DNA of 64,000 bases from Patescibacteria group bacterium (GCA_036381415.1 DASVCV010000012.1:10717-74716), one strand, 5' to 3'; shown: positions 1-11,269, counted from the first letter of the stretch. The notes: a model not told the origin generated them from the letters alone. Made by a program: numbers and translations.

Positions 1-1032
1 TATAAACATATTTAATACTCTACTTATATTTTTCCCCGATACATCTATAAAAACACCAACACTCTCATCCATTGCCTCTACAATCGCGCCCCTTCTTGAT
101 CCAACAACTGGTGTCCCACAAGAAAGAGATTCAATTATAACTCTTCCAAACCCTTCTTCATGAGTCGATGGAACAATAACAACGTCACTAGCCGAATAAT
201 ATATAGGCAAATATCTATTATCTATTTTACCTATAAAATTTAAATTTGAAAGTTTCGCTTGTGCATCTCTTACATCATCTGCCATTGGCCCATCCCCAAT
301 AATCAAAAACTCTACAGTTTTTGTTATCCTTGCAGCATCAATTAAATCCATAATACCTTTAACCGCAACAAGTCTGCCAACAAACAAGCAGTAAAATTTC
401 TTACCACTTAATCCCAACTTCTTTCTAGCCCTTAACTTATTAATAGGAGAGAAAATTTTCTGGTTGACCCAGTATGTAAAAACTGAAACCTTCTCGCTAT
501 TCACATTTAGGTCAAGAACTTCACTTTTTGACTGCTTTGAAAGAGTTAAGACATGGTTGCTTCCATTAAAAAGCTTTTGACAAAACTTCGAATATAATCC
601 TGATTCTGGAAAACGATAAATTGAATGAGTAGATACCACCACCTTTTTACCAAACAATTTTCCCATGACAACACCTATTGCTCCAGCAACTAAACCTTGT
701 GCATGTATTACTTTAATCTTACTTCTATTCCAAAAAATAAAGATAAAACTCATCATAAATAGTCCTGGTGCTAAGTAAACAAACTCCAATATTGGATATT
801 TTTCCAAAAGTAAAAATAAATTTGCCCTAATCCATGGAAACCTGTATATAACATATCCTTTTCCTCTCTCAATATATTTACCCCTTGCCCTAGTTACCAA
901 AGGCTGATAAGTCAAAACAAAAAACTTCAATCCCTTCTTAACTCCTTCATCAATTAAATCATCCAAATGAGTCTCTACCCCTCCTACATTTGGACGAAAG
1001 GGTGTAGTTAAAAGTAAAACTCTACCCTTCAT
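1..1032 (-). CDS. GT4 glycosyltransferase (3' end runs off the window)
   Basis: Not in the ORF track. Translated by hand from ATG at 1032: MKGRVLLLTTPFRPNVGGVETHLDDL...EGFGRVIIESLSCGTPVVGS, which has the GT4 N-terminal GG motif and the E-x7-E motif. No stop seen before position 1. Confidence 0.9.
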   Translation of the reverse strand, partial: MKGRVLLLTTPFRPNVGGVETHLDDLIDEGVKKGLKFFVLTYQPLVTRARGKYIERGKGYVIYRFPWIRANLFLLLEKYPILEFVYLAPGLFMMSFIFIFWNRSKIKVIHAQGLVAGAIGVVMGKLFGKKVVVSTHSIYRFPESGLYSKFCQKLFNGSNHVLTLSKQSKSEVLDLNVNSEKVSVFTYWVNQKIFSPINKLRARKKLGLSGKKFYCLFVGRLVAVKGIMDLIDAARITKTVEFLIIGDGPMADDVRDAQAKLSNLNFIGKIDNRYLPIYYSASDVVIVPSTHEEGFGRVIIESLSCGTPVVGSRRGAIVEAMDESVGVFIDVSGKNISRVLNMFI

Positions 1033-1855
1033 CTAACCTCCCTCTAACATATCCTACCAACCCTCCAGCCATTTCACACCCAAACATATAAAACATTGCA
1101 ATACTTAATAGTGGATTACTTACCAACTTTCTCCATTTTTTATAAAAAACAGGTCTTAAAAAATAAATAGTTTTACTACTAACTAGAGGAATGTTTTGTT
1201 TTTTTAAATATTTGTGTGCAAGCTTGGCATAATAGAATTTTTTCCTAACTAAAGAATATAAAGAAGGTATTCTTTCATAATGGTAAATAACTGACCTGAC
1301 CCTATCTATTTTGTATCCCATTTTTCCAACACTCTCTGGCAACTCCCAATCTTCAGGCCCAGTAATCAACTCATCGTATCCTCCTGCTTTATTAAATGTG
1401 CTTTTCCTGAAAAATCGAGCAGCATCTGTTGTTGCATCACCTGACTCATTGTAAAAAGATCTCTCATAAGCTTTAACTCTCTCCCAAAAATTTGATGCAA
1501 GAGACTCTTCAGGAATCACAATTCCCCCTATCTCCTTATTACCTTCAATCTTTTTTACACACTCCGATAAAACATTTTCAGTTAGTTCCATGTCAGCATC
1601 CAAAAATAAAAGATACTCTCCACTGGCTTTCTTTGCCCCAAAATTTCTCTGCGCAGATCTTTCAGGACCATAGGTATAAACTTTTCTTGTAAATTTTTTA
1701 GCAATACCTAAAGTATTATCTCTAGATCTATTATCAACTACTATTATTTCCTTACTCGCGTCTTTCTGACCTTTTACACTTTGTAAAAGCCGCCCCAATA
1801 CCTTTTCCTCATTCTTAGTCGTAACTACCACAGAGATTAAGTTTTTCTTTTTCAT
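1022..1855 (-). CDS. GT2 glycosyltransferase
   Basis: ISVVVTTKNEE, IIVVDNRSRD, RNFGAKKASGEYLLFLDAD (DxD), GGYDE...ED. Confidence 0.92.
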   Translation of the reverse strand: MKKKNLISVVVTTKNEEKVLGRLLQSVKGQKDASKEIIVVDNRSRDNTLGIAKKFTRKVYTYGPERSAQRNFGAKKASGEYLLFLDADMELTENVLSECVKKIEGNKEIGGIVIPEESLASNFWERVKAYERSFYNESGDATTDAARFFRKSTFNKAGGYDELITGPEDWELPESVGKMGYKIDRVRSVIYHYERIPSLYSLVRKKFYYAKLAHKYLKKQNIPLVSSKTIYFLRPVFYKKWRKLVSNPLLSIAMFYMFGCEMAGGLVGYVRGRLDEG

Positions 1856-1909
1856 TGGCTAAATGATATCATAAATAAATTTACTCCTTGAGAGCAAAAC
1901 AGTAGAGTT

Positions 1910-2473
1910 ATGTCTTTAGCAAACATCACATCAAAACATAGAGGCAAATTAATAATAAAAGCCTACAAAAATAGCTTAAAGAAAAATCACAAAGTAATTG
2001 ATATTGGTTGCGGTAACGGAGTGATTACTACTCAATTAAAAGACTTCTTCAAATTTAAAGTAATCGGGTGTGACATTATAAACTATCTTTTAACCGACAT
2101 TCCATTTAGAAAAATGACTAAAGACAGTCAGATCCCCTTTCGCAATAAGTCCTTTGACATTTCCATGTTTAACGACGTCCTTCACCATATGCCAAAAGAA
2201 GTACAAATTAAAATGTTGAAAGAAGCATTAAGAGTAAGCAAAAAAGTTTTAATATTTGAAGTTCAGCCAACTATTTCAGGAACCATTTTTGATTTCATAT
2301 TAAATAAAATTCACAATTTTAATATGTATATTCCTTTTACTTTTAGAAAAACTGAGGATTGGGCAAAAGTATTTGAAAACTTAAATTGTAATTATAAAGT
2401 TATAACTGTTGATAGACCAACTTTTTACCCGTTTTCTCATGTTGCTTTCGTTTTGACAAAAACAAAGGACTAA
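1910..2473 (+). CDS. Class I SAM-dependent methyltransferase
   Basis: VIDIGCGNG motif [23 protein letters not shown]. Confidence 0.88.
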   Translation: MSLANITSKHRGKLIIKAYKNSLKKNHKVIDIGCGNGVITTQLKDFFKFKVIGCDIINYLLTDIPFRKMTKDSQIPFRNKSFDISMFNDVLHHMPKEVQIKMLKEALRVSKKVLIFEVQPTISGTIFDFILNKIHNFNMYIPFTFRKTEDWAKVFENLNCNYKVITVDRPTFYPFSHVAFVLTKTKD

Positions 2474-4886
2474 CCTTTAATCTCCAAAACCCAATACCGC
2501 ACATCTTTGCCAACACCAACCCATGCTTAAAGGCTTTCATCTTAGATTTTCCAGCGACTCTCTTTTTGTAATGAACAGGCACTTCAATTATATCCAAGTT
2601 GTTTTCAGCAGCTCCAAACAATAAATCAAAGTCTCCCCATGATTTTCCACTCATTTTAACCTTCTTGTAATCACTTTTATATAAAGCTTTAGTACCACAA
2701 AGCGTATCTGTTATTCTTACACCTAAAAGCCAGGAAAATATCCAGCTAAAAACTAAATTTCCCACCAAATTAAGCTGTCTCATGGCTTGATCTTCCATTG
2801 GATAAATTAATCGGGTGCCATTTACAAAAGTTCCCAGCCCTTTTTCAAAAATATTAAAAAATCTCGGCAATTCCTCCGGAGGAACAGCCATATCTGCATC
2901 TAAAATCATTACGACATCCCCTTTAGAAGCATTCATCCCTTCCTTAACAGCCCAACCCTTACCTCTATTAGGTTTATACGAAACAAGCCTCAAGTTCTTA
3001 TACTTTCTCATCAATTGTTTAACTTCTCTTGCAGTCTTGTCCTTCGATCCATCGTCTACCACAATTATCTCAGTTCCCTTACCCATCTTAGGCACTCTAC
3101 TAATACAGTTTTTAATATTTTCCTCTTCATTAAAACAAGGAATAACAACTGAACAGCTAAGTTTTTTAGTAACTGCCAAATCCGCCTTGCTTGCAACAAT
3201 ATACTGCTCCAAGCAAAAACGATTTAGGAATGGGGTTTGCTGAACAACTGAATTAACCCATCTGCTGACAAAAGGTATGTGGACAGGAAATATTAATTTA
3301 TATCCACACTCTTCAACTTGATAACCTGATATATTTACAATATTTTTTAAATCCTGGAGTCTTAACCAATTCTTCTCACCTTCTGCCCTTTTTAAATTAA
3401 ACTTTTCTAAAACGGAAAAAACTTGTATCCATTTTGGGTTCAAGGAAGTAAGGATTATTTTTGATTTTGTTGTTGTATTATCTTTTAGTTTTTCAAGAAC
3501 AGTTTGGATATCTTCTAAATGATCAACTGAGTTCGGCATTATAACATAGTCAAAGCTACCTCCTATATTTATATTTTCGGGCTTGGAATTAATAAATTTA
3601 ATCTGTGAGTATCTTCTTTTTGCAGAAAGCATAATGTTCTCATCAGTATCAACACTTACAGCTTTCTTTGGATAAAGACTCGCTAGAATATCTCCCAACC
3701 CATACCCTACTTGCAATACATTTGCCCCTTCAGGAATAGACGATTTAAAAATCTGCCGCAATGAGTTATGGAAGTACCAGTTCTTTTCTCTCCAATAATC
3801 AAGACTCTTACTCATTGAAAAAGAAACAGCTTCTCTAGAAAACGCACTGTTTTTAACAATATCTTCAATCGTTGTATCAATATCATATTCATACTTCCAT
3901 TTAGGATAATGACCCTTAAACTTTTCTACAGAAGAAACATACCAAATATGGTCTCCAGTTCTATTTTCGTCTTTATATTCTGTAATTGCCTTTTTACCAC
4001 TGATATCTTCAATCTTTTTAATCGCCTCAATCATAGAAATGTTGGCAAATCTTGAACCTCCCATGTTATAAACCTCACCAATTCTTGGTTTTTGGTAAAA
4101 ATTATAAAAAGCATTTAGTAGATCATGGGAGTGGATATTATCTCTTACTTGCTTTCCTTTATACCCATATATAGTGTACTTACGTTCAGTTAAAATACAC
4201 TTAACTAAATAAGATAAAAATCCATGTTGCTCTGTACCTGCATGCCCAGATCCGGTAAGACACCCTCCCCTAAAAACACCAGTTGCTAAGTTAAAATATC
4301 TTCCATATTCCTGAACCATAAGATCCGCTGCTGCTTTTGAAACACCAAATAAAGAATGAGTGCTATTATCAATAGACATTGTTTCATCAATACCGTTTTT
4401 ATATTGATGTTTTGGACTAATCTCGTATCTAGTTTTTAATTCAATTAAGGGAAGTCTGTTAGGAGTATCTCCATAAACTTTATTTGTTGATGTATATATA
4501 AATACTCCATCAGAAGCATGACGCTTAAAACATTCAAGCAAATTTAATGTTCCATTGGCATTTACTCCAAAGTCAGTAAGAGGCTCCTTCGCAGCCCAGT
4601 CATGCGATGGCTGCGCAGCAGTGTGAATAATTAAATCAAACTTATGTTTTTCAAATATTTCTTCTAACTTATCAAAATCCCTTATATCATTCGAATAGTG
4701 AGAATAGTTTTTATATATCCTAAGAAGCTTTTTTACGTTTGGCTCAGTACTTCCTTCACTACCAAAGTAGTATTCCCTCATATTGTTGTCTATTCCAACT
4801 ACTTTGTACCCTAGATTAGAAAAAAAATGTACCGACTCAGATCCTATTAGTCCGCCTGATCCGGTAACTAAAATTGTCTTTGCCAT
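2400..4886 (-). CDS. Three-domain fusion: CDP-paratose/tyvelose 2-epimerase-like SDR + methyltransferase-fold domain + DPM1-like GT2
   Basis: aa1-347: [38 protein letters not shown]. aa~360-570: [14 protein letters not shown]. aa~577-805: [34 protein letters not shown]. Confidence 0.85.
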   Translation of the reverse strand: MAKTILVTGSGGLIGSESVHFFSNLGYKVVGIDNNMREYYFGSEGSTEPNVKKLLRIYKNYSHYSNDIRDFDKLEEIFEKHKFDLIIHTAAQPSHDWAAKEPLTDFGVNANGTLNLLECFKRHASDGVFIYTSTNKVYGDTPNRLPLIELKTRYEISPKHQYKNGIDETMSIDNSTHSLFGVSKAAADLMVQEYGRYFNLATGVFRGGCLTGSGHAGTEQHGFLSYLVKCILTERKYTIYGYKGKQVRDNIHSHDLLNAFYNFYQKPRIGEVYNMGGSRFANISMIEAIKKIEDISGKKAITEYKDENRTGDHIWYVSSVEKFKGHYPKWKYEYDIDTTIEDIVKNSAFSREAVSFSMSKSLDYWREKNWYFHNSLRQIFKSSIPEGANVLQVGYGLGDILASLYPKKAVSVDTDENIMLSAKRRYSQIKFINSKPENINIGGSFDYVIMPNSVDHLEDIQTVLEKLKDNTTTKSKIILTSLNPKWIQVFSVLEKFNLKRAEGEKNWLRLQDLKNIVNISGYQVEECGYKLIFPVHIPFVSRWVNSVVQQTPFLNRFCLEQYIVASKADLAVTKKLSCSVVIPCFNEEENIKNCISRVPKMGKGTEIIVVDDGSKDKTAREVKQLMRKYKNLRLVSYKPNRGKGWAVKEGMNASKGDVVMILDADMAVPPEELPRFFNIFEKGLGTFVNGTRLIYPMEDQAMRQLNLVGNLVFSWIFSWLLGVRITDTLCGTKALYKSDYKKVKMSGKSWGDFDLLFGAAENNLDIIEVPVHYKKRVAGKSKMKAFKHGLVLAKMCGIGFWRLKVSPLFLSKRKQHEKTGKKLVYQQL

Positions 4887-4932
4887 TTCGGGTCCATATT
4901 ATATACTTACCAATTAGAAGTCAACTGTAAAT

Positions 4933-5946
4933 ATGTCAAAAAAATATAAAATTATTGTTACTGGATCAACAGGTTTTGTAGGAAGAAGATTAATAAAACT
5001 TCTAGTTAAAAAATATAACAGCAAAGATATTCTTTGTCTAATCTGGGACCGAAATAGCAATCTTGAAAAATCAGGAAGAAAAATTCTCAAAGACCTAAAA
5101 CTCAACACAAAAAAAATTGATTTAGTAACAGGGCAGGGACTTAAAAACCTTCCCAAATCTCCAAAGCTCATTATTCATCTCGCAGCCAACACAGATACAA
5201 ATGAAAAGGATCACAGAGTAAACGACATAGGAGTTAAAAATCTACTAGATGCTTTTAGCCCCATAGCACCAGACACACATATTATCCACATTAGTACCAT
5301 GGTAGCAATGAGTGGAAGAAAAAATTGTTCTAAACCTTTCAGTGAATCAAACCCTCTTTCTCCAAACAATGAATATACTAGAACAAAAGCAAATGGAGAA
5401 AAAATCATACTGGAAAGACAAAAAAAAGAAAACTTCAGGCTAACGATTTTAAGACCAAACACTATTTATGGTAGCGGTATGAGACCAGATAGTCTTTTTG
5501 ATTTTGTTAAAAAACTTATCCTTAAAAAGTCACTACTTGCTAGACTTAATTGGCCAGGACTTTCAAGTCTTATCTGTGTTGATGATGTAGCTAAAGCAAT
5601 ACTTCTAGCTGTAAATAACCCCCCAAAACCTGGTAAGAACAATATTTTCTTCTTGCATGGAGAAAACATAACTCTTGCTGAAATAAGTCGCCAGCTTCAT
5701 CAAAAGCTAAACACTCCCTATAAAGTGATAGTAATGCCAAAATTATTTTGGAGCATGGCTTCTTTAGAAAGATATTTCATACCAATACTAGAAAAGGTAA
5801 CAAACCCAAAAACTTTCAACCTCGCCTGGAGGGCTTCACTAATAGTTGAAAATGTAATCTATTGTAATTCAACCAAAATGAAAAAAACATTTCCTACCTG
5901 GTCACCTAGAAAATTAAGTGAGGAAATAAAAAGGATAACTATTTAA
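4933..5946 (+). CDS. NAD-dependent epimerase/dehydratase family (extended SDR)
   Basis: VTGSTGFVG, IIHLAA, YTRTK (YxxxK), LRPNTIYG, VDDVAKAI. Confidence 0.88.
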   Translation: MSKKYKIIVTGSTGFVGRRLIKLLVKKYNSKDILCLIWDRNSNLEKSGRKILKDLKLNTKKIDLVTGQGLKNLPKSPKLIIHLAANTDTNEKDHRVNDIGVKNLLDAFSPIAPDTHIIHISTMVAMSGRKNCSKPFSESNPLSPNNEYTRTKANGEKIILERQKKENFRLTILRPNTIYGSGMRPDSLFDFVKKLILKKSLLARLNWPGLSSLICVDDVAKAILLAVNNPPKPGKNNIFFLHGENITLAEISRQLHQKLNTPYKVIVMPKLFWSMASLERYFIPILEKVTNPKTFNLAWRASLIVENVIYCNSTKMKKTFPTWSPRKLSEEIKRITI

Positions 5947-5948
5947 GC

Positions 5949-6947
5949 CTACTTGAAGTATTTTTCTTTTACCTGTTCCTCTATCCACTTATATGTCTCC
6001 CCCAAACCTTCCTCTAGAGATATCTTTGGCTCCCATTTAAGAACCTTCTTCAAACGAGTATTATCAGAATTTCTTCCTCTTACTCCTTGTGGTCCTTCAA
6101 TATGTTTAATTTTAATTTTCACTCCTGCAATATTTGCAACCAATTTAGCTAGGTCATTTATACTTATTAACCTATCTTGTCCTAAATTAAGTGGTTTATC
6201 ATAATCAGATCTCATCAGCTTGAAAATTCCTTCAGTGCAATCATCAATATAACAAAAAGATCTTGTCTGTTTTCCATCTCCCCATATTTCAATCTCAGGA
6301 TTACCGCTTAATTTTGCAAAAGCAACTTTTCTACACATAGCAGCAGGAGCTTTTTCTCTCCCACCCTCCCATGTCCCATGAGGACCAAAAATATTATGAA
6401 ATCTCACAATCCTAGTTTCAATTCCAAAATCCTGCTTATAATGTGTACACAACCTCTCCATCACAAGTTTTTCCCATCCATATGCATCTTGTGGAAAAGC
6501 TGGATAAGCATCATCTTCTTTTAGAGGAACAACCTTTGCTTTAGTTTGTTTAAATTCAGGGTACACACAAGCCGAAGACGTGTAGAAATACCTCTTAGCC
6601 CCATTTACTCTTGCTGCTTCAAGAGTATGGGTATTAATTAAAGAATTATTGCGAAGAATAATAGAATGATTTGATGAGATAAATCCCATCCCACCCATAT
6701 CAGCTGCCAAACCAAAAACCTCCTCAATTCCTCTCGTTGCCTGCAAGCAATTATCCCATCTTCTTAAGTCTAAAATTTCAAATTCATCAGCATCACTTTC
6801 TTTATACTCAGGATACTTAATATCTACTCCTCTAACCCAATATCCTTTTCCTTTTAAGTAAGTCACCAAATGGTGTCCAATAAATCCACCTGCTCCAGTT
6901 ACTAAAACTCTTTTTCTATTGTTCTCTGCTTTTTTCTTTTTTGGCAT
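5949..6947 (-). CDS. GDP-mannose 3,5-epimerase-like SDR
   Basis: TGAGGFIG, LAADMGGMGFI, SSACVYPEFKQ, PQDAYGWEK, GGREKAPAA, GVRGRNSDN: the characteristic motifs of the GME family. Confidence 0.88.
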   Translation of the reverse strand: MPKKKKAENNRKRVLVTGAGGFIGHHLVTYLKGKGYWVRGVDIKYPEYKESDADEFEILDLRRWDNCLQATRGIEEVFGLAADMGGMGFISSNHSIILRNNSLINTHTLEAARVNGAKRYFYTSSACVYPEFKQTKAKVVPLKEDDAYPAFPQDAYGWEKLVMERLCTHYKQDFGIETRIVRFHNIFGPHGTWEGGREKAPAAMCRKVAFAKLSGNPEIEIWGDGKQTRSFCYIDDCTEGIFKLMRSDYDKPLNLGQDRLISINDLAKLVANIAGVKIKIKHIEGPQGVRGRNSDNTRLKKVLKWEPKISLEEGLGETYKWIEEQVKEKYFK

Positions 6948-6955
6948 TGTGAAAC

Positions 6956-6985
6956 ATTATAATACCAATCTCTACAATTTGTAAA
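6956..6985 (-). promoter_or_regulatory. Putative sigma70-type promoter for the GME-like gene
   Basis: Minus strand TTTACA (6985-6980), 18 nt, TATAAT (6961-6956), 8 nt, ATG at 6947. Confidence 0.55.
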
Positions 6986-7007
6986 AGGCAAAAATAAAAA
7001 TTGAAAT

Positions 7008-8120
7008 TTACAAGCTTTTGAGCAAATTTAAACTTTTATTTTGAGCCGATTTCCAATCAAACTTCTTGCTCCACATAATCGCATTTTTTTGAAACTTGTT
7101 ATATTTATTTCTATTAGACATTAACTCAATACAATTCTTTGCTAATTTTTCCACATCTCCTTGAGAACACAACAATCCAGTCTTGTTATTAATTACCGAG
7201 TCTTTTACTCCACTTACGTTGTAGCCCACTACTGGCACACCCATTGAGTTTGCCTCAATATTTACCAATCCCCAACCTTCTCTTACAGAAGGGTTAAGCA
7301 TAATATCAGCTCTACCCAACAGCTCAAATTTTTTTTCCTCGCTAACAAACCCCCAAAATTTAATTATTCTATCTAGACTCAGCTCTTTAGCTCTTAACTT
7401 TAAAAATCTAAGATACTGCGTTTCACCTTTTCCTACAACCCAGAACTTACAATTATCTTTTAGTTTATTTATCAAACTAAATACCTCAATAGCCTCCTCA
7501 ATTCCTTTATCCTTAGACAAAGCGCCTAAATAAATAACTGTAGTTGCTTTTTCTCTTTTAAATTTTTTCTCTATCTTAGTAAAACCATTGTAAATTACTA
7601 CAATGTTCTTTTTTGGAATTCCCCACTTTTCTAAATCGTTCTTTGTTGATTGAGAAACAGTCATAAATAAAGTGCTTTTATATAAAAGCTTAAAAATGAA
7701 GGGCTCAAGCATTGTACCAACAACAAATGGAATTGTATTAAAAGGCCTTGGCCAAGGATTAAGTTTCCACACCTCCTTTGCAACTTCATGAATATACGCA
7801 ATCTTTTTGCCTCTAACAAAAATTGGGGTAAAAAATGGTATCCCATGAAACTGGTCAACCACTACATCATAGTTCTCATGTTTTTCAAGTATGTACCACA
7901 AAAAAGCAGCTACCTGAACACCAAAAACTTCTGATCCCCTCCTGATGATCTCCACCCCATCGACAATCTCCCTAACCTTTCCTCCACTAAAATAGGAGGT
8001 AAAAAGAGTGACCTCATGTCCTGCATTTACCCACCCCTTCGCATGCTCGTGGGTTGCAATTTCTGCTCCTCCAAAATGTGGATGTCCTGGACCTCTCCAG
8101 CTAAAAATAAGTATTCTCAT
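7008..8120 (-). CDS. GT4 glycosyltransferase
   Basis: FSWRGPGHPHFGGAE, GALSKDKG, PSVREGWGLVNIEANSMGVPVV. Confidence 0.92.
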   Translation of the reverse strand: MRILIFSWRGPGHPHFGGAEIATHEHAKGWVNAGHEVTLFTSYFSGGKVREIVDGVEIIRRGSEVFGVQVAAFLWYILEKHENYDVVVDQFHGIPFFTPIFVRGKKIAYIHEVAKEVWKLNPWPRPFNTIPFVVGTMLEPFIFKLLYKSTLFMTVSQSTKNDLEKWGIPKKNIVVIYNGFTKIEKKFKREKATTVIYLGALSKDKGIEEAIEVFSLINKLKDNCKFWVVGKGETQYLRFLKLRAKELSLDRIIKFWGFVSEEKKFELLGRADIMLNPSVREGWGLVNIEANSMGVPVVGYNVSGVKDSVINNKTGLLCSQGDVEKLAKNCIELMSNRNKYNKFQKNAIMWSKKFDWKSAQNKSLNLLKSL

Positions 8121-8944
8121 CTTCCTTTAAACGTTAAGTAATGTGGAGTAATCCAAATACTTTTATTATCGCTCCTATAATATCGCTTTATTCTTAATCT
8201 ATAAAAGATTGCTAAAGTATCCCAAAACATCCAAAAAACAGTTCTTAAAAAACCCTTTGAAGTTAAAACAGATGCTCCTCCAAACTCCATTTTTAACTCA
8301 ATAGGAGCTTCGTATATTCTCTTAAATCCCAAGTAGTTTGCAACAGCAAGCATTTCTACATCAAATGCCCAAGCTTTAACTAATAATCTTGGTAAAGTCT
8401 TTTCTAACACTTTTCTTCTAAAGAATTTTAATCCAACCTGAGTATCTTTAATGTTAAGACCAAATAGCACTCTCACAAATATTTGGTACCCAAAAGATAA
8501 TATTCTTCTCTGCCATGGGTAGACAACTTTAGAAACAGGATGTCTTTTTGAACCTACTATTATGTCTGCCCTATACCACTCAAAATGTTCAAGAAGTAAA
8601 GATAAACTGTTGGGGTTTATATCAAAACCAGCATCAATAAATCCAATAATATCCCCTTTTGATTGGGCCATACCGTATTTAACAGCATGCCCTTTCCCCA
8701 AATTATTGTCATATCCAACTACCTTAATTTTTCTTCTATATCTTTTTGCTAACTTCTCAGCTTTTTCAAAAGTACCGTCGACTCTACCATCAACAACACA
8801 AATTATTTCATATGGATATCTCGTATCATCTAAAACATCCTTAACTCTCTTTAAACTTTTCTGTATTATTTTCTCTGCTTTATAAGCAGGAATGATTACT
8901 GATAAAAAAAGTGTCTCAGGCTTTTTTTGACCTCGCTTCTTCAT
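8117..8944 (-). CDS. GT2, polyprenol/dolichol-phosphate glycosyl synthase (ALG5/DPM-like)
   Basis: SVIIPAY, VVDG, NLGKGHAV, FIDAG, IVGSKRH, DTQVGLK, AFDVE. ATG at 8944 preferred over TTG at 8950. Confidence 0.85.
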   Translation of the reverse strand: MKKRGQKKPETLFLSVIIPAYKAEKIIQKSLKRVKDVLDDTRYPYEIICVVDGRVDGTFEKAEKLAKRYRRKIKVVGYDNNLGKGHAVKYGMAQSKGDIIGFIDAGFDINPNSLSLLLEHFEWYRADIIVGSKRHPVSKVVYPWQRRILSFGYQIFVRVLFGLNIKDTQVGLKFFRRKVLEKTLPRLLVKAWAFDVEMLAVANYLGFKRIYEAPIELKMEFGGASVLTSKGFLRTVFWMFWDTLAIFYRLRIKRYYRSDNKSIWITPHYLTFKGR

Positions 8945-10169
8945 ATCCAAAGTATATTAGCAGACTCATAAGAAGAAAAGAAGTTACGGCTAAGTTAACT
9001 TTCGCTATATTAAGAATTGAATCATGTATCCCAACAATAGCTAAAATCTGAATGAACGCAAAAATAACAACAAAAATAACAACTTTTGTCTTCCCAATAG
9101 ATAGATAGAAGGATGCTACTAAAGTAGAAAGACTAAATACTGCAGCAAACAATCCAAACCAAATCAAATTGCCAGAAGCAACTAAATACTTCTGTCCATA
9201 GAGAATGCCAATTGGCAAAGATGGGGTAAACAAATAAACAGCCAGTGCAATAAGTGACAAAACTGATGTCAATGCAAAACTTAGAAGAAATATTTGGATA
9301 TAATTCTCTCCTTTTGAGTGTTTCTTTGAAATCATAGGAAACATTACAGCACCTATTGGGCCTGAACCATAAAGAATTATTTTACCCACAGTAGAAAGTG
9401 CATCATATAAAGCAGCATCATTGGAATTAATAAAATGCTTAACTAATATTATATCTGTAGTTAAAAAAGAAGTTGAAGCAAGTGAAAACAAAAATACAGG
9501 CACCGTATACTTAAAGACATCTCCGCCAGCCTTAAAACTATATTTAAATTTAAAATTTTTGTAATCAGAAAGTAGTACCCATGTTATGAAAACTGAAAGA
9601 ATAGATGAAAGTAATATTCCCAGCACTCCACCCATAACTTCCAATCCAACAACTATTAATACCACACCAAAAACAACCCTACCCAGATATTCCAAATTAA
9701 TTGCAAAAACAAATTGTCCAAACTTAAGTAGTCCTTGAAGAAAGGATTTAAAAACAAGGGAGAAAAGGGCAAAGAATAATATTGGTCCAACTAAAACCAT
9801 TGTTTTTTCATCAATATGCAAAAAGTTCGATATAGAAGAAGTAGCTAATACAATGACAACTATTATTATTAATCCTAAAATTAACACTCTTCTTAAAAAC
9901 CATCCGAATATCCCCTTCACCTCATCTTTATCTTTTGCTTGTGAAACAAACTTAACAATAACTAACCCTATGAAATTAAACATTGCAGTAAATACTGCAA
10001 TTACAGAAATAACTGCTGCAAGGTCTGCATATAAAGACAAACTTAAAAATCTAGCAAGAATAATATGATATATAGAAGCAAAAAAGTTTGCTAAGTTTGT
10101 TCCAAGTATCATAACCGCACTACCAGCAAAAAAAGGATGTTTAACTACCTTTAGTATGTAAGATTTCAT
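8916..10169 (-). CDS. Wzx/MATE-like oligosaccharide flippase
   Basis: About 12 hydrophobic segments; ILARFLS, DIILVKHF...AALY, VMFPMISK typical of the polysaccharide biosynthesis flippases. Confidence 0.85.
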   Translation of the reverse strand: MKSYILKVVKHPFFAGSAVMILGTNLANFFASIYHIILARFLSLSLYADLAAVISVIAVFTAMFNFIGLVIVKFVSQAKDKDEVKGIFGWFLRRVLILGLIIIVVIVLATSSISNFLHIDEKTMVLVGPILFFALFSLVFKSFLQGLLKFGQFVFAINLEYLGRVVFGVVLIVVGLEVMGGVLGILLSSILSVFITWVLLSDYKNFKFKYSFKAGGDVFKYTVPVFLFSLASTSFLTTDIILVKHFINSNDAALYDALSTVGKIILYGSGPIGAVMFPMISKKHSKGENYIQIFLLSFALTSVLSLIALAVYLFTPSLPIGILYGQKYLVASGNLIWFGLFAAVFSLSTLVASFYLSIGKTKVVIFVVIFAFIQILAIVGIHDSILNIAKVNLAVTSFLLMSLLIYFGYEEARSKKA

Positions 10170-11269
10170 TTGGCTAAGCTTTCATATACAGCCAACGTGC
10201 CTTGGGCTGTGTTTTGCCAGGAGTATTTTTTAACAGCTTCTCTCCCACTATCAATATATTTATTTCTAAGTTTTTTGTCTTCAATAATTCTTTTGAACTT
10301 AGTTGCAAAATCCTCAGGTTTTTTAGCATCTGCAAAATAAGCACCATCTCCTGCAATTTCAACAAGTGCTTGAGTTCTAGATGCAACCACTGGCGTACCA
10401 CAGGTCAGTGCATCAACTACTGGTATTCCATACCCTTCATAATATGAAGGTTGACAGTAAATTGATGCGAGGTTGTAAATAGCTACCAAATCCTCATCAG
10501 GAACAAATCCTAATCTTTTTATATTCTTTGATTTGTCAAAAGCTTTTAATATCTGTTTAAAATGTGCAAGCTCTGGATGTGGTTTGTTTAAAACAAATCT
10601 AAACCAGTCCTTTAAACCTTTTATGTCATTTATTCCCATCCCTTGAGTTTCAATATCCATTGCTTGTTTTCCAGCAATAACCAAAGGAATATCTGCAATT
10701 TCACAAGCTTTAATTAAGGTTGGAATATTTTTATTGTAATTAACATCCCCAACGTATAAAACAAATTTGTCAGGTAAGCCATATTTTTCTCTAGCTTTAT
10801 TTAAGGTCTTCTGATCACCAATTTTTCTATAAATTGGCTTAGGTGCCAAATAAACTACATGTATTTTTTCTGGTCTTATTCCCAAAAATCTTACAATATC
10901 TTTCTTTGAAGTCTCAGAAATAGTAATTACTGCGTCTGCTCTTTTAACAAGAAACTTATTCAAATTAAATTTAATCTTTCCCTTTAATCCAGGTGGATAG
11001 TGCTTAGGATAAATTAGAGGAATTAAATCATGGATAGTAACTACTGTTTTTGTTTTTTTTATTAAAGGAAGGTTTACAAAAAAAGGATTAAAAAACTGAT
11101 AATGTGCAACATCAAATTTTGATAAGTCAGTTTTTGTAAAATCAACTGCTTCGACTTTTACCCCATTAAGCTTCTCCAAATGCTCTATAAGAAGCCTAGT
11201 ATGCACACCAATCCCTCTTACTGAGTGTCCTGATGTTAATGGTCCTGTATCAATTGCAACTTTAATCAT
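10166..11269 (-). CDS. GT4 glycosyltransferase (MtfB/WbaZ-like)
   Basis: RGIGVHT, VVTIHDLIP, YVG...KN, PSYYEGYGIPVVDALTCGTPVV. Start placed at ATG 11269 (ATGA overlap with the upstream stop). Confidence 0.9.
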   Translation of the reverse strand: MIKVAIDTGPLTSGHSVRGIGVHTRLLIEHLEKLNGVKVEAVDFTKTDLSKFDVAHYQFFNPFFVNLPLIKKTKTVVTIHDLIPLIYPKHYPPGLKGKIKFNLNKFLVKRADAVITISETSKKDIVRFLGIRPEKIHVVYLAPKPIYRKIGDQKTLNKAREKYGLPDKFVLYVGDVNYNKNIPTLIKACEIADIPLVIAGKQAMDIETQGMGINDIKGLKDWFRFVLNKPHPELAHFKQILKAFDKSKNIKRLGFVPDEDLVAIYNLASIYCQPSYYEGYGIPVVDALTCGTPVVASRTQALVEIAGDGAYFADAKKPEDFATKFKRIIEDKKLRNKYIDSGREAVKKYSWQNTAQGTLAVYESLAK

